64,000 bases of DNA from an uncultured Lentisphaeraceae bacterium (GCA_964386865.1 CAYLUN010000017.1:6565-70564), one strand, 5' to 3'; positions 10,688 to 20,034 are shown, counted from the stretch's first letter. Numbers and translations: made by a program. The notes: generated by a model not told the origin, from the sequence alone.

Positions 10688-10781
10688 GCATCCGCACCGA
10701 TGCCGCTCTGCGCGCGCATCATGTGCGGATGCTGTCGCTAAGCCTGCGACTCAGCCGCCGCTCACTGGGCGGATGCTTTTT
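10688..10781. terminator. Bidirectional intrinsic terminator region (10-bp stem GCATCCGCAC/GTGCGGATGC plus a third arm and T-tracts on both strands)
   Basis: Perfect inverted repeat at 10688-10697 and 10723-10732. A further 'gcggatgc' copy at 10769-10776 is followed by TTTTT on plus. The minus strand has 'tctgtttt' after the hairpin. Sits between tRNA-Leu (+) and the convergent lipoprotein gene (-). Confidence 0.5.
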
Positions 10782-11463
10782 GAATGAACTCTTGGCTGCT
10801 CAGCTGATCCGCAATTTGCCGCATGACCGAGCTCATTTCCAGATAGATCGACGTCTCGAAGCCGCACATGTAAATCACAGACGGGCACCCGCCCCACCCT
10901 GCGCAGGGCTTGCCTTTCCACAGGATCTTTCCGTCTTCGCTGAACAGCACCGGGGTCAGCTGCGCGCGCCCGCCCGTGAGCCCCAGCGGCCACAGCCACG
11001 AGAACAGGTAGTTACGGATCGAGTCCACCTGCACGGCCAGAACGGGCTTCGACGTGGTGCCCAGCTTCTCAACGACGCTAACCTGGTACCCCCTCTGCTT
11101 GAGCACATCGGTGAACAGATCGCCCACTGACTTCTCAACCGGATCCTCCGCGAAAACGCCGACTGTAGGAATCATGAACACCGTGAAGGTGTGACGCCCG
11201 ACTTGATCCGACTTGTTCCGGCGGCCATCCAAGGCCTCTTTAAGAACCGTGATGCTTGCGGGTGCCGGCGACTGGAGCCGCTGAACGGGAGCAGATTCGA
11301 TGCGTGCAGTCGTTGCGCAGCCGCTTGACAAGATGAGCGCCGCGCAGACCGACAAACCGCCAGACAGACTCAACACGTGGGACCAACTACTCACAGAACA
11401 CCTCCGGTTTTTTAACGCTATAGTATTAGCAACATGCCAACACTCTACGAATGAAAATATCAA
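10762..11463 (-). CDS. hypothetical lipoprotein
   Basis: Signal peptide and lipobox 'LSVCAALILSSGCATT'. Lower-GC coding region than surroundings. Confidence 0.55.
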   Translation of the reverse strand: MIFSFVECWHVANTIALKNRRCSVSSWSHVLSLSGGLSVCAALILSSGCATTARIESAPVQRLQSPAPASITVLKEALDGRRNKSDQVGRHTFTVFMIPTVGVFAEDPVEKSVGDLFTDVLKQRGYQVSVVEKLGTTSKPVLAVQVDSIRNYLFSWLWPLGLTGGRAQLTPVLFSEDGKILWKGKPCAGWGGCPSVIYMCGFETSIYLEMSSVMRQIADQLSSQEFIQKASAQ

Positions 11464-11540
11464 GTCCTGCTGTCAGAGTCAACGCCTCTGTTGCGAATCG
11501 GCGCGCAGCGCGAAGCGCAGCTTCGGGCCCGCCTGGCCCG

Positions 11541-12173
11541 CTACTTCTTGCTCTTCTCGATCACGTTGCGCAACAGCCTCCTCGCCACTCTCTGCAGCCC
11601 TCTTTCTTTCAGCTCCATGAGGTCCGCGCACGCGTTGTCCGTCACTGACGCGACATCCTTGCCCGCGTGAACATCCGCGAGGGCCATTTTGAAGTCGTAG
11701 CGGTTTCCCGTGTGGCTGATCTCGCCATAAAACACATAGTCGGCGGCGATATAGGTTCCCGCCTCTACCGCCTGCTGCAAGCCGCCGCCGACCTCGGAGA
11801 AGCCCTGCTTATCGAAGAACTGCCTCATGGCGGCCCTGTCGACCCACACATGAAGGCCTTTGTCCACCCCCTTCAGCTCAGCCTCAAACCGGTCGGACAA
11901 CGCCGTGCACTCGTCCTGGCTGACAACGCCCGCCACCAGTGTCTTGACCGTAAGAACGGCAGCCTTCTTGCCCCGGAAAGGATATTGATCGAGAGCGACC
12001 ACAACCTGATCGACTGTGTCCGGCGTTACAATTTTCGTCGTCGAGTTGTTTCCCATGATGAAATCAACCATGATCGCACACGACGTCAGAAACAGCAGTG
12101 GCACTGCGGCCAAAACCGGAACAGCAACACGTCGCACACAGTAAATGAAGCTCACGTCACGCCCCCCTTTCAT
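11541..12173 (-). CDS. hypothetical lipoprotein
   Basis: 'VPLLFLTSCAIM' lipobox. 210 aa. Confidence 0.55.
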   Translation of the reverse strand: MKGGRDVSFIYCVRRVAVPVLAAVPLLFLTSCAIMVDFIMGNNSTTKIVTPDTVDQVVVALDQYPFRGKKAAVLTVKTLVAGVVSQDECTALSDRFEAELKGVDKGLHVWVDRAAMRQFFDKQGFSEVGGGLQQAVEAGTYIAADYVFYGEISHTGNRYDFKMALADVHAGKDVASVTDNACADLMELKERGLQRVARRLLRNVIEKSKK

Positions 12174-12211
12174 TGATGCCCCCCGCCACGTTCGACTTTC
12201 GCAGCCCCTGC

Positions 12212-15031
12212 TCAGCGCGTCAGGATCAGCCTGAACCCGCTGCTGTAGTCCCGCTCGTTTCCGACAACATTCAGAATGTTGCGGCCATCACATCGCAAAA
12301 AGTCGGCGTTTCCCAACAGCCAAGAAGCGCCAAGCCACGCGCCGAAGGACTGGGCGTCCGCATTTGACGCGCAGCACTCCCACACGTTTCCTCCCAGCCC
12401 ATACAGGCCCCAAGGGTTGGCCCAGCTCTTCTCAACCTCACAAGCCGCCGGCGCCCCGTCATCGTAGCCGTCGATCTTCTTCCAGGTCCCGCCGCCCGCG
12501 CCTTCCTGCCCGTGATAGTTGCCCGCCTGGCCGCTCACCGGCGGCCACGAAGTCCCCCAGGGGTACTCGCGCCCATCCCCGCACTGAGCGAGCGCGAGCC
12601 ACTCCTTCTCCGTTGGCAGCCGGTAGCGCAAACCTCCCAGCTGAGGCTTATCCCGGTCAGTCAGCCAGACCGCGTAGGCCCTCGCCTCTGCGAAACTCAC
12701 GCAGACGACTGGCAGCCGGTCGCCGTCTAGCGAGATGCTCTTATACCCTTCTGAAATATGCGCGGGCTCCTTCTTGCGATACTCTTCGTTTGTGACCTCA
12801 TACTTGCCCGCCCATATCTTCATCTTCTCGATCCACACGAACTCCATGCCGACTCCGGGTGAAACCCACGGCCCGCCCTCTTGTAGCCCCTCTTCGGCGA
12901 CCAGCGTTAAGACGTCTGTCCGGAGCCCGTTCCAGTTGGCCGTGACAGCCCGCTTCACGCTCCGGTACCGGACTTTTGAAGCGGCAGGCTGATACGAGAC
13001 CTCGAACACGTAATTCGTGCCTTTACACAGCGTGTACGTGCAGGGCGCCGTCGATATTTCGCGCCCGTCCGACACTTTCGCGCCGACCCTTTGCCCGTCC
13101 ACTTCAACAACAATCTCCAGCGCTGGAGGCAGGTTCTTCTGGACTTTCTGGTTGGTTTCGAGCAGCTTGGCCCGCGCGTCCTCGAAGAACTTCGCGCCTT
13201 TCTCCGGGTCACCTGCCGATTTCTTGCCCGCGTCTTGAAGGCGCATCACCTCTTCGAGCTGCCCCCCCCCGTACTGGCCCAACAGCTTCTTGTCGACCTT
13301 CCCAAGCTCCCCGTCCAGCAGGCTTTCCGACTGGCGCCAGCCTCTCACCGAGTCCGCGCGCTTCGCCGCCGTAGAGAAGGCGTCTGTCGCCGCCTGCCAC
13401 GCCTCCTCGGCCTTAGCAAACGTTCCGCCCTCAAACAGCGCCGTTGCTTTTGCGAACTCGGACGCGCCCCTCTCAAATACTTCCTTCGCGTCCTTTGCCG
13501 CACCGCTCGCCTCGGCCGTTTGCCTCGCCGACGCGGCCGCCTGCTTACGCTTCTCCGCCGAGGTCCGGCCGAGGTCTGCCTGCTTCATCTCCTCGTACCG
13601 CTTCACCACCGTGTTGTATCCTGCCAGCGCCAGGTCCCAGTTCTTGGCCTCGTCATAGCGCTGAGCCGCGTTCCACGCTTCCTTGAGCCGGTCTTTTTCC
13701 TCCGTGAACCCTTGCCCGTCTTTGACGTTCAGCGCGTTGTCGTAGCACGTCTTGGCCGTTGCGTACCGCTGGCCGACTTCAGCTTCAGAAACCAAGTTGG
13801 TGGCCGGCAAGGCGGCCTCTTCAGCGCGTGCCACGCTTCCGGTGTCTTGCGGTGGCGGAAGCACCGCGTTCGTCACAGCACCCGCCGCCGGCTCGCTCAC
13901 TTCGCGCACCTTTTCTGGGGGCGTGCCTCCCGTCCGGAAGAACCAAGCAGACGCACACGCCAGCGCGACGAGCGCCGCCGCCAACGCCAGCAGGAGCCTC
14001 TTCCCGCTGCTAGCCACCCCCTGGCCGCACTCCCCGGAAAGCGCGGCCACAAACGTGCCGCAGTCCTCAAACCGATCCGCCGGCTCTTTCGCGAGCGCCC
14101 GCTGCAGCGCCAGCCAGACGCGCTTCTCCAGGCCCGCGATCACACCCACCGGCTCTTTCAACACCGCCTCGCGCAGCACCGCCGCGTCGGAGTTCTCAAA
14201 GGGCAGCTCGCCCGCCAGCAGTTCGTAGGCCATCACCGCCAGCGCATACTGATCCGTCCGCGCGCCCTGGCGCTGCCCGCGCCACTGCTCCGGCGCCATG
14301 TACGGCCCCGTGCCGCTCGTGCCGTAATGCACCCGGCTCACGCGGCTCATGCTCGTGTGGATCTGCGCGGCCAGCCCGAAATCCAGCACTTTGACCGTCC
14401 CGTCCGCCGACAGCATCACGTTGGACGGCTTGACGTCGCGGTGAATGATCTTGCGGGAGTGCGCGAAGTCCAGCGCAGCGGCCACCTGCCGCAGCACCGG
14501 CAAGGCCTCGTCAAGCGTGCGGCAGCCGGCCAGCGGCTCGCGGGGGCCCACCTTCACCGCTCCGGCGGCGGCGTGCTCGCCCGCACGCTTCGAGCTTCCG
14601 GTATCCAGCTTCCCGCGCTGCTTCCGCCACTGGCGAAGGTTCACCCCCACCACGCACTCCATCACCAGATACGTGTCCCCCGTAACCTCGTCCCGCTCCA
14701 GCGTTTTCGCCGCCGCTATATTCGGGTGGTGCAGCCCCTCCACCAGCCGAAAGTTCTCGCGGATCTCCTCCATCTCAACCGAGTTGTGCGACAACTCCGG
14801 CGGCAGGGCCTTCAGCGCCACCTCGATTCCGCCGATCTGGTCGAAGCAGCGGTACACCACCCCCATGCCACCCTGCCCTAGCTCGTCGACGATCCGATAG
14901 CGCCGGAGGATGACGTCTCCCGACCGGAAGCGTTTTCTCTGCGCCTCCGCGCGCAGCGTCGGGCCATCGCCGACGCTCACCTCTCGCGCCGCGCGCGGCG
15001 CCGTCACCCGACTGTTTACCGAATCATCCAT
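12212..15031 (-). CDS. Ser/Thr protein kinase fused to a C-terminal FGE-sulfatase (SUMF1/formylglycine-generating-enzyme family) domain, single-pass membrane
   Basis: Kinase motifs 'LGQGGMGVVYR', 'HRDVKPSNVML', 'DFGLA', 'APEQ'. TM segment 'LLLALAAALVALACASAWFF' followed by a coiled-coil/TPR-like region. C-terminus 'GMEFVWI...GKYEVTNEEYRK...GLRYRLPTEKEWL...GNVWEC' is the FGE fold. Paralog of 23310..25832. Confidence 0.9.
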   Translation of the reverse strand: MDDSVNSRVTAPRAAREVSVGDGPTLRAEAQRKRFRSGDVILRRYRIVDELGQGGMGVVYRCFDQIGGIEVALKALPPELSHNSVEMEEIRENFRLVEGLHHPNIAAAKTLERDEVTGDTYLVMECVVGVNLRQWRKQRGKLDTGSSKRAGEHAAAGAVKVGPREPLAGCRTLDEALPVLRQVAAALDFAHSRKIIHRDVKPSNVMLSADGTVKVLDFGLAAQIHTSMSRVSRVHYGTSGTGPYMAPEQWRGQRQGARTDQYALAVMAYELLAGELPFENSDAAVLREAVLKEPVGVIAGLEKRVWLALQRALAKEPADRFEDCGTFVAALSGECGQGVASSGKRLLLALAAALVALACASAWFFRTGGTPPEKVREVSEPAAGAVTNAVLPPPQDTGSVARAEEAALPATNLVSEAEVGQRYATAKTCYDNALNVKDGQGFTEEKDRLKEAWNAAQRYDEAKNWDLALAGYNTVVKRYEEMKQADLGRTSAEKRKQAAASARQTAEASGAAKDAKEVFERGASEFAKATALFEGGTFAKAEEAWQAATDAFSTAAKRADSVRGWRQSESLLDGELGKVDKKLLGQYGGGQLEEVMRLQDAGKKSAGDPEKGAKFFEDARAKLLETNQKVQKNLPPALEIVVEVDGQRVGAKVSDGREISTAPCTYTLCKGTNYVFEVSYQPAASKVRYRSVKRAVTANWNGLRTDVLTLVAEEGLQEGGPWVSPGVGMEFVWIEKMKIWAGKYEVTNEEYRKKEPAHISEGYKSISLDGDRLPVVCVSFAEARAYAVWLTDRDKPQLGGLRYRLPTEKEWLALAQCGDGREYPWGTSWPPVSGQAGNYHGQEGAGGGTWKKIDGYDDGAPAACEVEKSWANPWGLYGLGGNVWECCASNADAQSFGAWLGASWLLGNADFLRCDGRNILNVVGNERDYSSGFRLILTR

Positions 15032-15269
15032 CGCCGCTCCCCTGGCCGCTCACCCCACCCCGCCTCAGGCTTGAACAGCCAACCCTCTTTATACCCAAAC
15101 AGATACGTTGGCCAACAGCTTAACCATTTCGTGGTGCTAGTATATGCCGCATGCTACTGAAACTCAAGACTTGGCCGACTTGAATTTGAGAAAGGAGTCG
15201 GTCTGATCCAGCCCCACGCGACACCGATAGACCTCCACAGTGCGGCGCAGCCGTTCCTGCGCCCACTCC

Positions 15270-15737
15270 TCACTTCGGCTTTTGGCCCCCGGCCTCTGTC
15301 GTCTCCTTCTCGGCTCCGGCCTGCCACTCCGCCGCCTTGGCCTTGACGCGCTGCCACGCGTTCGAGCTGGCCGTAACCGCTTCGTTACGCCAGACCTTCG
15401 CCTTCTCCGCCGCGCGCTCCATCGCCGTCGGCTCCGGCGGAGGCTTGGGCAACAGGTCGCCGTACCCGGCCTGCGTGAGCGCCTGACACAGGTCGGCGTG
15501 CGCCGCGGCGTCGCTCCACGTCCAGCCCCGGATGTCGACGCGGGTTCCCGCCAGGCCGACGAACCGCTTGGAAACGACCACCAGACCCTTCTCGGTCTTC
15601 ACCAGGTGGTGGCCTGAAAGCCAGAACAACAAGCCGGTCAGCGCTGCCGTAGCCAGCACCGCCGCCACGCCCGCCCAGACCCACGCCCGCGCCCGAAACG
15701 CCCGGCTGCGAACGACGGAGACAAACCGCGTCCTCAT
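15270..15737 (-). CDS. hypothetical membrane-anchored protein
   Basis: N-terminal TM 'WVWAGVAAVLATAALTGLLFWL'. Start at 'MRTRF', overlapping the stop of the upstream small ORF (ATGA). Confidence 0.5.
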   Translation of the reverse strand: MRTRFVSVVRSRAFRARAWVWAGVAAVLATAALTGLLFWLSGHHLVKTEKGLVVVSKRFVGLAGTRVDIRGWTWSDAAAHADLCQALTQAGYGDLLPKPPPEPTAMERAAEKAKVWRNEAVTASSNAWQRVKAKAAEWQAGAEKETTEAGGQKPK

Positions 15738-15922
15738 AGGCCCCTCCCGCCGCACAGCTGCCATCCCGCCCAGGCGGCGACCCCCAGCAGCAAAATCAGC
15801 AGCCAGACCGTCCGGGCGTAACTCCGCCTCCGGCCAGCGCCCAAAGGCGGCAAGGACGACTCGACGCGCGTCCGGTCGACGCGCCCTTCATGCTCCTGCT
15901 GCAACAGTTCTTTCCGGCTCAT
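15734..15922 (-). CDS. small hypothetical membrane protein (62 aa)
   Basis: C-terminal TM 'TVWLLILLLGVAAWAGW'. Stop overlaps the next start by ATGA, suggesting translational coupling. Confidence 0.35.
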   Translation of the reverse strand: MSRKELLQQEHEGRVDRTRVESSLPPLGAGRRRSYARTVWLLILLLGVAAWAGWQLCGGRGL

Positions 15923-16000
15923 TCTTCACCTCTTTTCGTCTCGCGAGGAGGCTCGCCCTCCCAGCCGTGCGGGCGGGACACGAAGCCCCGCGCCTGCTAC

Positions 16001-16645
16001 TTAGAACACCACCCCGAGCAGCGGCGACCCGTGCGTGCCGCTCTGGTTCCACAGTCCGATCTGCAGGGCCGCGCCGTTCTCCGCGTAGTTGATTAGGCCG
16101 ATCTGAATGCCGCGGATCACCGCGGCCACATTCCAGATGCCGCCGATCTGGATGCCGTTCATCGCGTTCGCCCGGTTGTGGATAAGGGTCGTCTGTAGCG
16201 CGATCGGCGCGTCGCCCTTGATCCGGTTGTAGAAGCCGCCGATCTGGATGCCGCCGAAGTCGCCGCAGCTGTTGTCGAAGAGGTTGCAGCTGATGCCCGC
16301 CGCATCGCCGGTGACCTCGCCACTCAAGCCGAAGTCAATGCCATAGACGTCGTTGTGCCCGGACGTCCAGCCCGGGAAGCAGGTGTTGACCCTGATCCCG
16401 TACACGTCCCAGCCGCGCGAGAAGGGGATTCCCCACTCGAAGAGCGTGATCGCCAGCGGCGTCACGGGCTCATCGGCCGCCGGCTGCACGCTGGCCGAGC
16501 CCGCCGCCGTACCCATCGGAACCGTGCCCGGCGGCAACGCCGGCGCAACCCCCGCAGGCCTCCCGGGATTCATGTCCGGCCCCGCCGAGGCCGTGAGGGC
16601 GAGCCCCAGCAACACGCTGACCCCTACTGCTTGTTTCACGTTCAT
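16001..16645 (-). CDS. secreted repeat protein (GIQIGG/GIQIGL motif repeats)
   Basis: Signal peptide 'MNVKQAVGVSVLLGLALTASA'. At least four 'GIxIGGxxN' repeats, Gly/Asn-rich. Confidence 0.55.
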   Translation of the reverse strand: MNVKQAVGVSVLLGLALTASAGPDMNPGRPAGVAPALPPGTVPMGTAAGSASVQPAADEPVTPLAITLFEWGIPFSRGWDVYGIRVNTCFPGWTSGHNDVYGIDFGLSGEVTGDAAGISCNLFDNSCGDFGGIQIGGFYNRIKGDAPIALQTTLIHNRANAMNGIQIGGIWNVAAVIRGIQIGLINYAENGAALQIGLWNQSGTHGSPLLGVVF

Positions 16646-16678
16646 TGTACTGCCTCCTGAATCCTGCCTTGTTGCCAA

Positions 16679-17569
16679 CTACCGGTGGATGTTCAGTTCC
16701 GGAACCGTGTAGAGCCGATTGACTAGCCCGTCAGGGTATTGGCCGCGGTCGTAGACCACCCGCGCCTGCAAGGTTCTGTTGACGTTGTCAGTCGACAGGA
16801 CGACGCAGTCGTAAACCCCGGGAAGCGCGCGCACCCGCTGCACAAACAGGGTCGGGTAATCCGCATGCGTGCTCAGGAACCACGCGTTAGCCACCGTGAC
16901 GATGCAGATTTCGAGTTTGCCGCCGACCTTCAGGCACGCGTCCGCCAGCCAGGGCGAGACGGTGGCGGCCATCTTGTCGGCCACGCTCTTGAGCGCGTCG
17001 CCCTCGCCGCGTCCGGGCGCGCCGGTCACGTCGAACCGGTTGCGCGCCACTAGGTCGACCATCACCTGCCGCGTCAGCGCGTTCAGCTCCGGCGAGCGCG
17101 TGACCGACGCGTCCACGTCGCCCTTGTAGACCGACCGCGTTCCCCTGGCGTTCAGCGGCTGGCTGGTGACCTCCAGATTTGCGACAATCTCAGACGGCCC
17201 TTGGTAAACCACGCGGTAGCCGGCTGCCGCCAAGGCGCCCTGCACACCGGTTCCCAGCAGGGTCGCCACCTGCCTGGCCTCCGCCCCCTGCGCCGACGAC
17301 TGCACCAGCACGCGCGTCTGCTCGAGCACGGCCGAGGCCGTGGCCGTCTGCGTCTGCGCGGGCCGCAGATCCACCGCCGGCGGACGCGCCCCCACGCCCA
17401 GCACCAGGCCGGGCTGCTGGGTCGCCACCGCCCCGGGACTCGACACGACCGGCACCCCGCCGGCCGTCACCGTCGTCTGATACCCCGACCCGCGCGTATC
17501 GATCGTCCGGCACCCCGTCAGCGCCAGCGCCAGCGCGCCGGCAAACGTCACGTACATCACTTTATTCAT
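16679..17569 (-). CDS. hypothetical lipoprotein
   Basis: 'ALALALTGCRT' lipobox. 296 aa. Confidence 0.55.
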   Translation of the reverse strand: MNKVMYVTFAGALALALTGCRTIDTRGSGYQTTVTAGGVPVVSSPGAVATQQPGLVLGVGARPPAVDLRPAQTQTATASAVLEQTRVLVQSSAQGAEARQVATLLGTGVQGALAAAGYRVVYQGPSEIVANLEVTSQPLNARGTRSVYKGDVDASVTRSPELNALTRQVMVDLVARNRFDVTGAPGRGEGDALKSVADKMAATVSPWLADACLKVGGKLEICIVTVANAWFLSTHADYPTLFVQRVRALPGVYDCVVLSTDNVNRTLQARVVYDRGQYPDGLVNRLYTVPELNIHR

Positions 17570-17587
17570 GGCTGAACCTTCTTTCCC

Positions 17588-18817
17588 TTAGCGAACCCGG
17601 AACATCTGTTTGAGGAACATGCCCACAATCAGAACACCAATCATAACACCGACCGCCAATACGATATTCCGGAATGTGGAAAGCGCCTGCAATTGGTCTA
17701 GTATCTGAATCCAAAACGGCACCTTGAAATCTCCGATTCCTGCTGCATTGGCCACTCCTGCGAAATTGTTGTTGATGTCAAGGAACTTCGCCTCCATGCC
17801 GATCCTGACCCGCACGAGATTGACCTTGACAGGAGTATAAGAGGCAGTCGCCTTGCTGATGCAGGCACCTACCGGGTCAACAATCGTCAGAGGAGAGACC
17901 TCCAACATCGAAACGCCGCCTTTCAAGACTGCGACCTTGTCGCCGGGTTTGTCGCGGGCCCCGCCGATATCGGTCACCATCCTCTTTAAGACCGAATTGC
18001 TAACCTGACGGTTCGTGCCCGCCCTTTCGCGCAGAAACCGCGCTGTCATCCGGTCGCTCGCACTGCCGTTGGGCAAGCTCAACATGCTGACCGACGCATC
18101 CTTACCCGACACACCGCGGATAAACGCCTCAGTCATTGCCCGGCCCAGCGGCCCTGCGAACGGAACAACCAGCACCTGATAACCGGAGAGTCGGGATAAA
18201 TCTGCTTTGGTAATAGCATCCTGAACGGCCAGATCGATCGCATTACGCGCGGCGTAGTTCACGACCTCGTACTCCGGGCCGGGGTCATCGTAAATGCCCT
18301 CCACCGTGCCCGCCCACAGCCGCTCCGCCGTATCGATGCGGATCAGGCGCAGCGAGACGCGCACGCTGGCCTTACCGGCCTTATCCTCGACTCCCAGCAC
18401 CTGTCCGATGGCGAAGGCGTCCGCCATCTTGAAGACGCCCAGACGCGGCAGCGTCTTCGGGTCGTAGTCGCCGAAATCGGTGGCCGCATCGAAGAACCGG
18501 TCGACCTCGGCCCACTCCCCCGCGTGATCCTGATGCGTCAGAAACTGGAACTCCGTCGGAGCCTGCACCAGCCCGTTCTCGAACACGGTGGCGATCTCGG
18601 CATACTCCGAAATGTCCGCGCTGCCCCGCATCAGCTTCACAAACGCGATCTTCTTGACGTTCACGCGGCTGTCCGTAGCCATCTGCATGACGGCCTGATA
18701 GGCGGCGTCCTCAGCCGCAAATGAAAGCTCCCGCGTCCCGGCGGCAACCGTCAGCGCGGTTGCTAGAAAACCCGCGGCGCCCATCGCGGCGGCCGCAAGA
18801 CCAGTGAAACGTTTCAT
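17588..18817 (-). CDS. hypothetical exported protein with C-terminal transmembrane anchor
   Basis: Signal peptide 'MKRFTGLAAAAMGAAGFLATALTVAAG'. C-terminal TM 'IVLAVGVMIGVLIVGMFL'. Confidence 0.55.
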   Translation of the reverse strand: MKRFTGLAAAAMGAAGFLATALTVAAGTRELSFAAEDAAYQAVMQMATDSRVNVKKIAFVKLMRGSADISEYAEIATVFENGLVQAPTEFQFLTHQDHAGEWAEVDRFFDAATDFGDYDPKTLPRLGVFKMADAFAIGQVLGVEDKAGKASVRVSLRLIRIDTAERLWAGTVEGIYDDPGPEYEVVNYAARNAIDLAVQDAITKADLSRLSGYQVLVVPFAGPLGRAMTEAFIRGVSGKDASVSMLSLPNGSASDRMTARFLRERAGTNRQVSNSVLKRMVTDIGGARDKPGDKVAVLKGGVSMLEVSPLTIVDPVGACISKATASYTPVKVNLVRVRIGMEAKFLDINNNFAGVANAAGIGDFKVPFWIQILDQLQALSTFRNIVLAVGVMIGVLIVGMFLKQMFRVR

Positions 18818-18927
18818 GCTGTTGCTCCTTTGTTTGTTGCCCGCCGGCGTGACCCGGCGAAAAGCGGTTGTCGATTCAGAAGTCAGAAGACCGGAGTCAG
18901 AATCCAGAATGTGGTACGGCCGACGCA

Positions 18928-19866
18928 TCATTCCGCCTCCTGACATTTATTGCCCATCTTTTCTTTCCCCTTCTGACTCCTGTCTCTTGTCTCCTGACTC
19001 CTGGCTTCTGACTCCTGACTTCTGACTTCTGACTCCTGACCTCCGACCTCTGGCTCCCCGAACCCGGCCAGCTCGGCGTCGAAGTCCCCCGCGTCGCGGT
19101 CGCGCCGCCGGCCGGCCTTGTCGAGGTCGCCCATCGCGTCCTGCACCGACTCCGCATCGCCCGCCTTGTCCTCGATATCGTCGGCCAGCCGGTCGATCAG
19201 GTCCTCGCTCACCTTGCCGCGCAGCCCGTGCGCGATCAGCTCCATAAAGCGGCCCTTGACCGTCAGGATCGTCTGCTCATTCTCCGACAGCAGCAGGAAC
19301 TCCCGCTCCAGACTCTTGTAGTGCGCCATCAGCGTCTGCAGCTCAGTCTTCAGCATCCGCTGCCGCACGGGCGAGGCGCTCTCGTAGGCTTTCTTCTTGG
19401 AGGCGATCTGCGCGTGGAGCGCCTCCATCTCGCCCGTGACCTTTTCCCGCCGGGCGCCGTTCTCGTCGAGGCTGGCGTGGAGCGACCCTAGCATCGCCTC
19501 GGGCGAGCGGTCCACGTGGATCTTGGCCCACAGGGCCTTCGCGCCCGCGCCGATCTTGCCGGCCAGCGCCACGGTCTCGGCCATGGCCTTCTTCGCCAGC
19601 TCCGCCGTGGCCTTACGCACGAGCCGCTGCTCCTCCGCGCGGTTCTCGGCATGCTCCTGACCTCCGACCTCCGACTTCCGACCTCCGACCTCCGTGCTCA
19701 TAACCTTCTCCTTCCAGCCGTGCTCCGGGCACCGCCCGTTACCCTGACCCGCGTGCAGCCGGCAGAACGCCGCCCCGCACCCCGCCTCCACGCACCGACC
19801 ACCCACCGCCCACCGGTTCGGCAGCCCTTGCCCGCACACGCAACATGTCTCGGTCTTGTCGCTCAT
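18928..19866 (-). CDS. N-terminal zinc-ribbon protein with coiled-coil ESCRT-III/PspA-superfamily-like region (tentative)
   Basis: N-terminus 'CCVCGQ...C...CGAAFCRLH...CPEH' has zinc-ribbon cysteines. Helical core and acidic tail 'SEDLIDRLADDIEDKAGDAESVQDAMGDLD...DFDAELAGF' resemble ESCRT-III/CHMP C-terminal regions. In-frame heptanucleotide-repeat linkers encode 'SEVGGQE/SEVRSQE'. Confidence 0.5.
   Translation of the reverse strand: MSDKTETCCVCGQGLPNRWAVGGRCVEAGCGAAFCRLHAGQGNGRCPEHGWKEKVMSTEVGGRKSEVGGQEHAENRAEEQRLVRKATAELAKKAMAETVALAGKIGAGAKALWAKIHVDRSPEAMLGSLHASLDENGARREKVTGEMEALHAQIASKKKAYESASPVRQRMLKTELQTLMAHYKSLEREFLLLSENEQTILTVKGRFMELIAHGLRGKVSEDLIDRLADDIEDKAGDAESVQDAMGDLDKAGRRRDRDAGDFDAELAGFGEPEVGGQESEVRSQESEARSQETRDRSQKGKEKMGNKCQEAE
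18972..19058. repeat. Heptanucleotide tandem repeat (CTGACTY units, about 12 copies) encoding the C-terminal SEVRSQE-type low-complexity tail
   Basis: Tandem 'ctgactc ctgtctc ttgtctc ctgactc ctggctt ctgactc ctgactt ctgactt ctgactc ctgacct ccgacct ctggctc'. Confidence 0.7.
19657..19697. repeat. Heptanucleotide tandem repeat (about 6 copies) encoding the 'STEVGGRKSEVGGQE' linker between zinc ribbon and coiled coil
   Basis: Tandem 'ctgacct ccgacct ccgactt ccgacct ccgacct ccgtgct'. Confidence 0.65.
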
Positions 19867-19883
19867 GGCATTCGCACCGACAC

Positions 19884-19945
19884 CTTCCCTTAAAACGCCG
19901 CTATTTTACGTTTTGTTTACGTCTGTTGTCAACTGCTATTTTCAA
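19884..19945 (-). promoter_or_regulatory. Conserved promoter element, copy 1 (minus-strand TTGACA-N18-TAAAAT; -35 at 19927-19932, -10 at 19903-19908)
   Basis: An about 60-nt block is near-identical (1 mismatch) to 33333-33395. It reads on the coding strand 'TTGACAacagacgtaaacaaaacgTAAAATagcggcgttttaagggaagg' and ends about 20 nt before the ATG at 19866. Confidence 0.55.
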
Positions 19946-20034
19946 AATAGTTATCGTGTGTATTTTTTACTCCTGTATCTGTTTAATAACTCATGATAAT
20001 TCGCACATTAACAGTACTCCAGGCTTTCGTCTTC

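Noticed and set aside
10504-10722. 72-aa ORF on the minus strand containing 'GSNPH'
   Set aside because: It is a read-through of the tRNA-Leu gene (the T-loop GGTTCGA translates to this motif). The region is a tRNA, not a CDS.
15032-15269. Candidate promoter TTGGCC-N17-TATAAA upstream of kinase 1
   Set aside because: The hexamers are weak and there is no second copy or other support. Kinase 1 may simply be co-transcribed with upstream genes.
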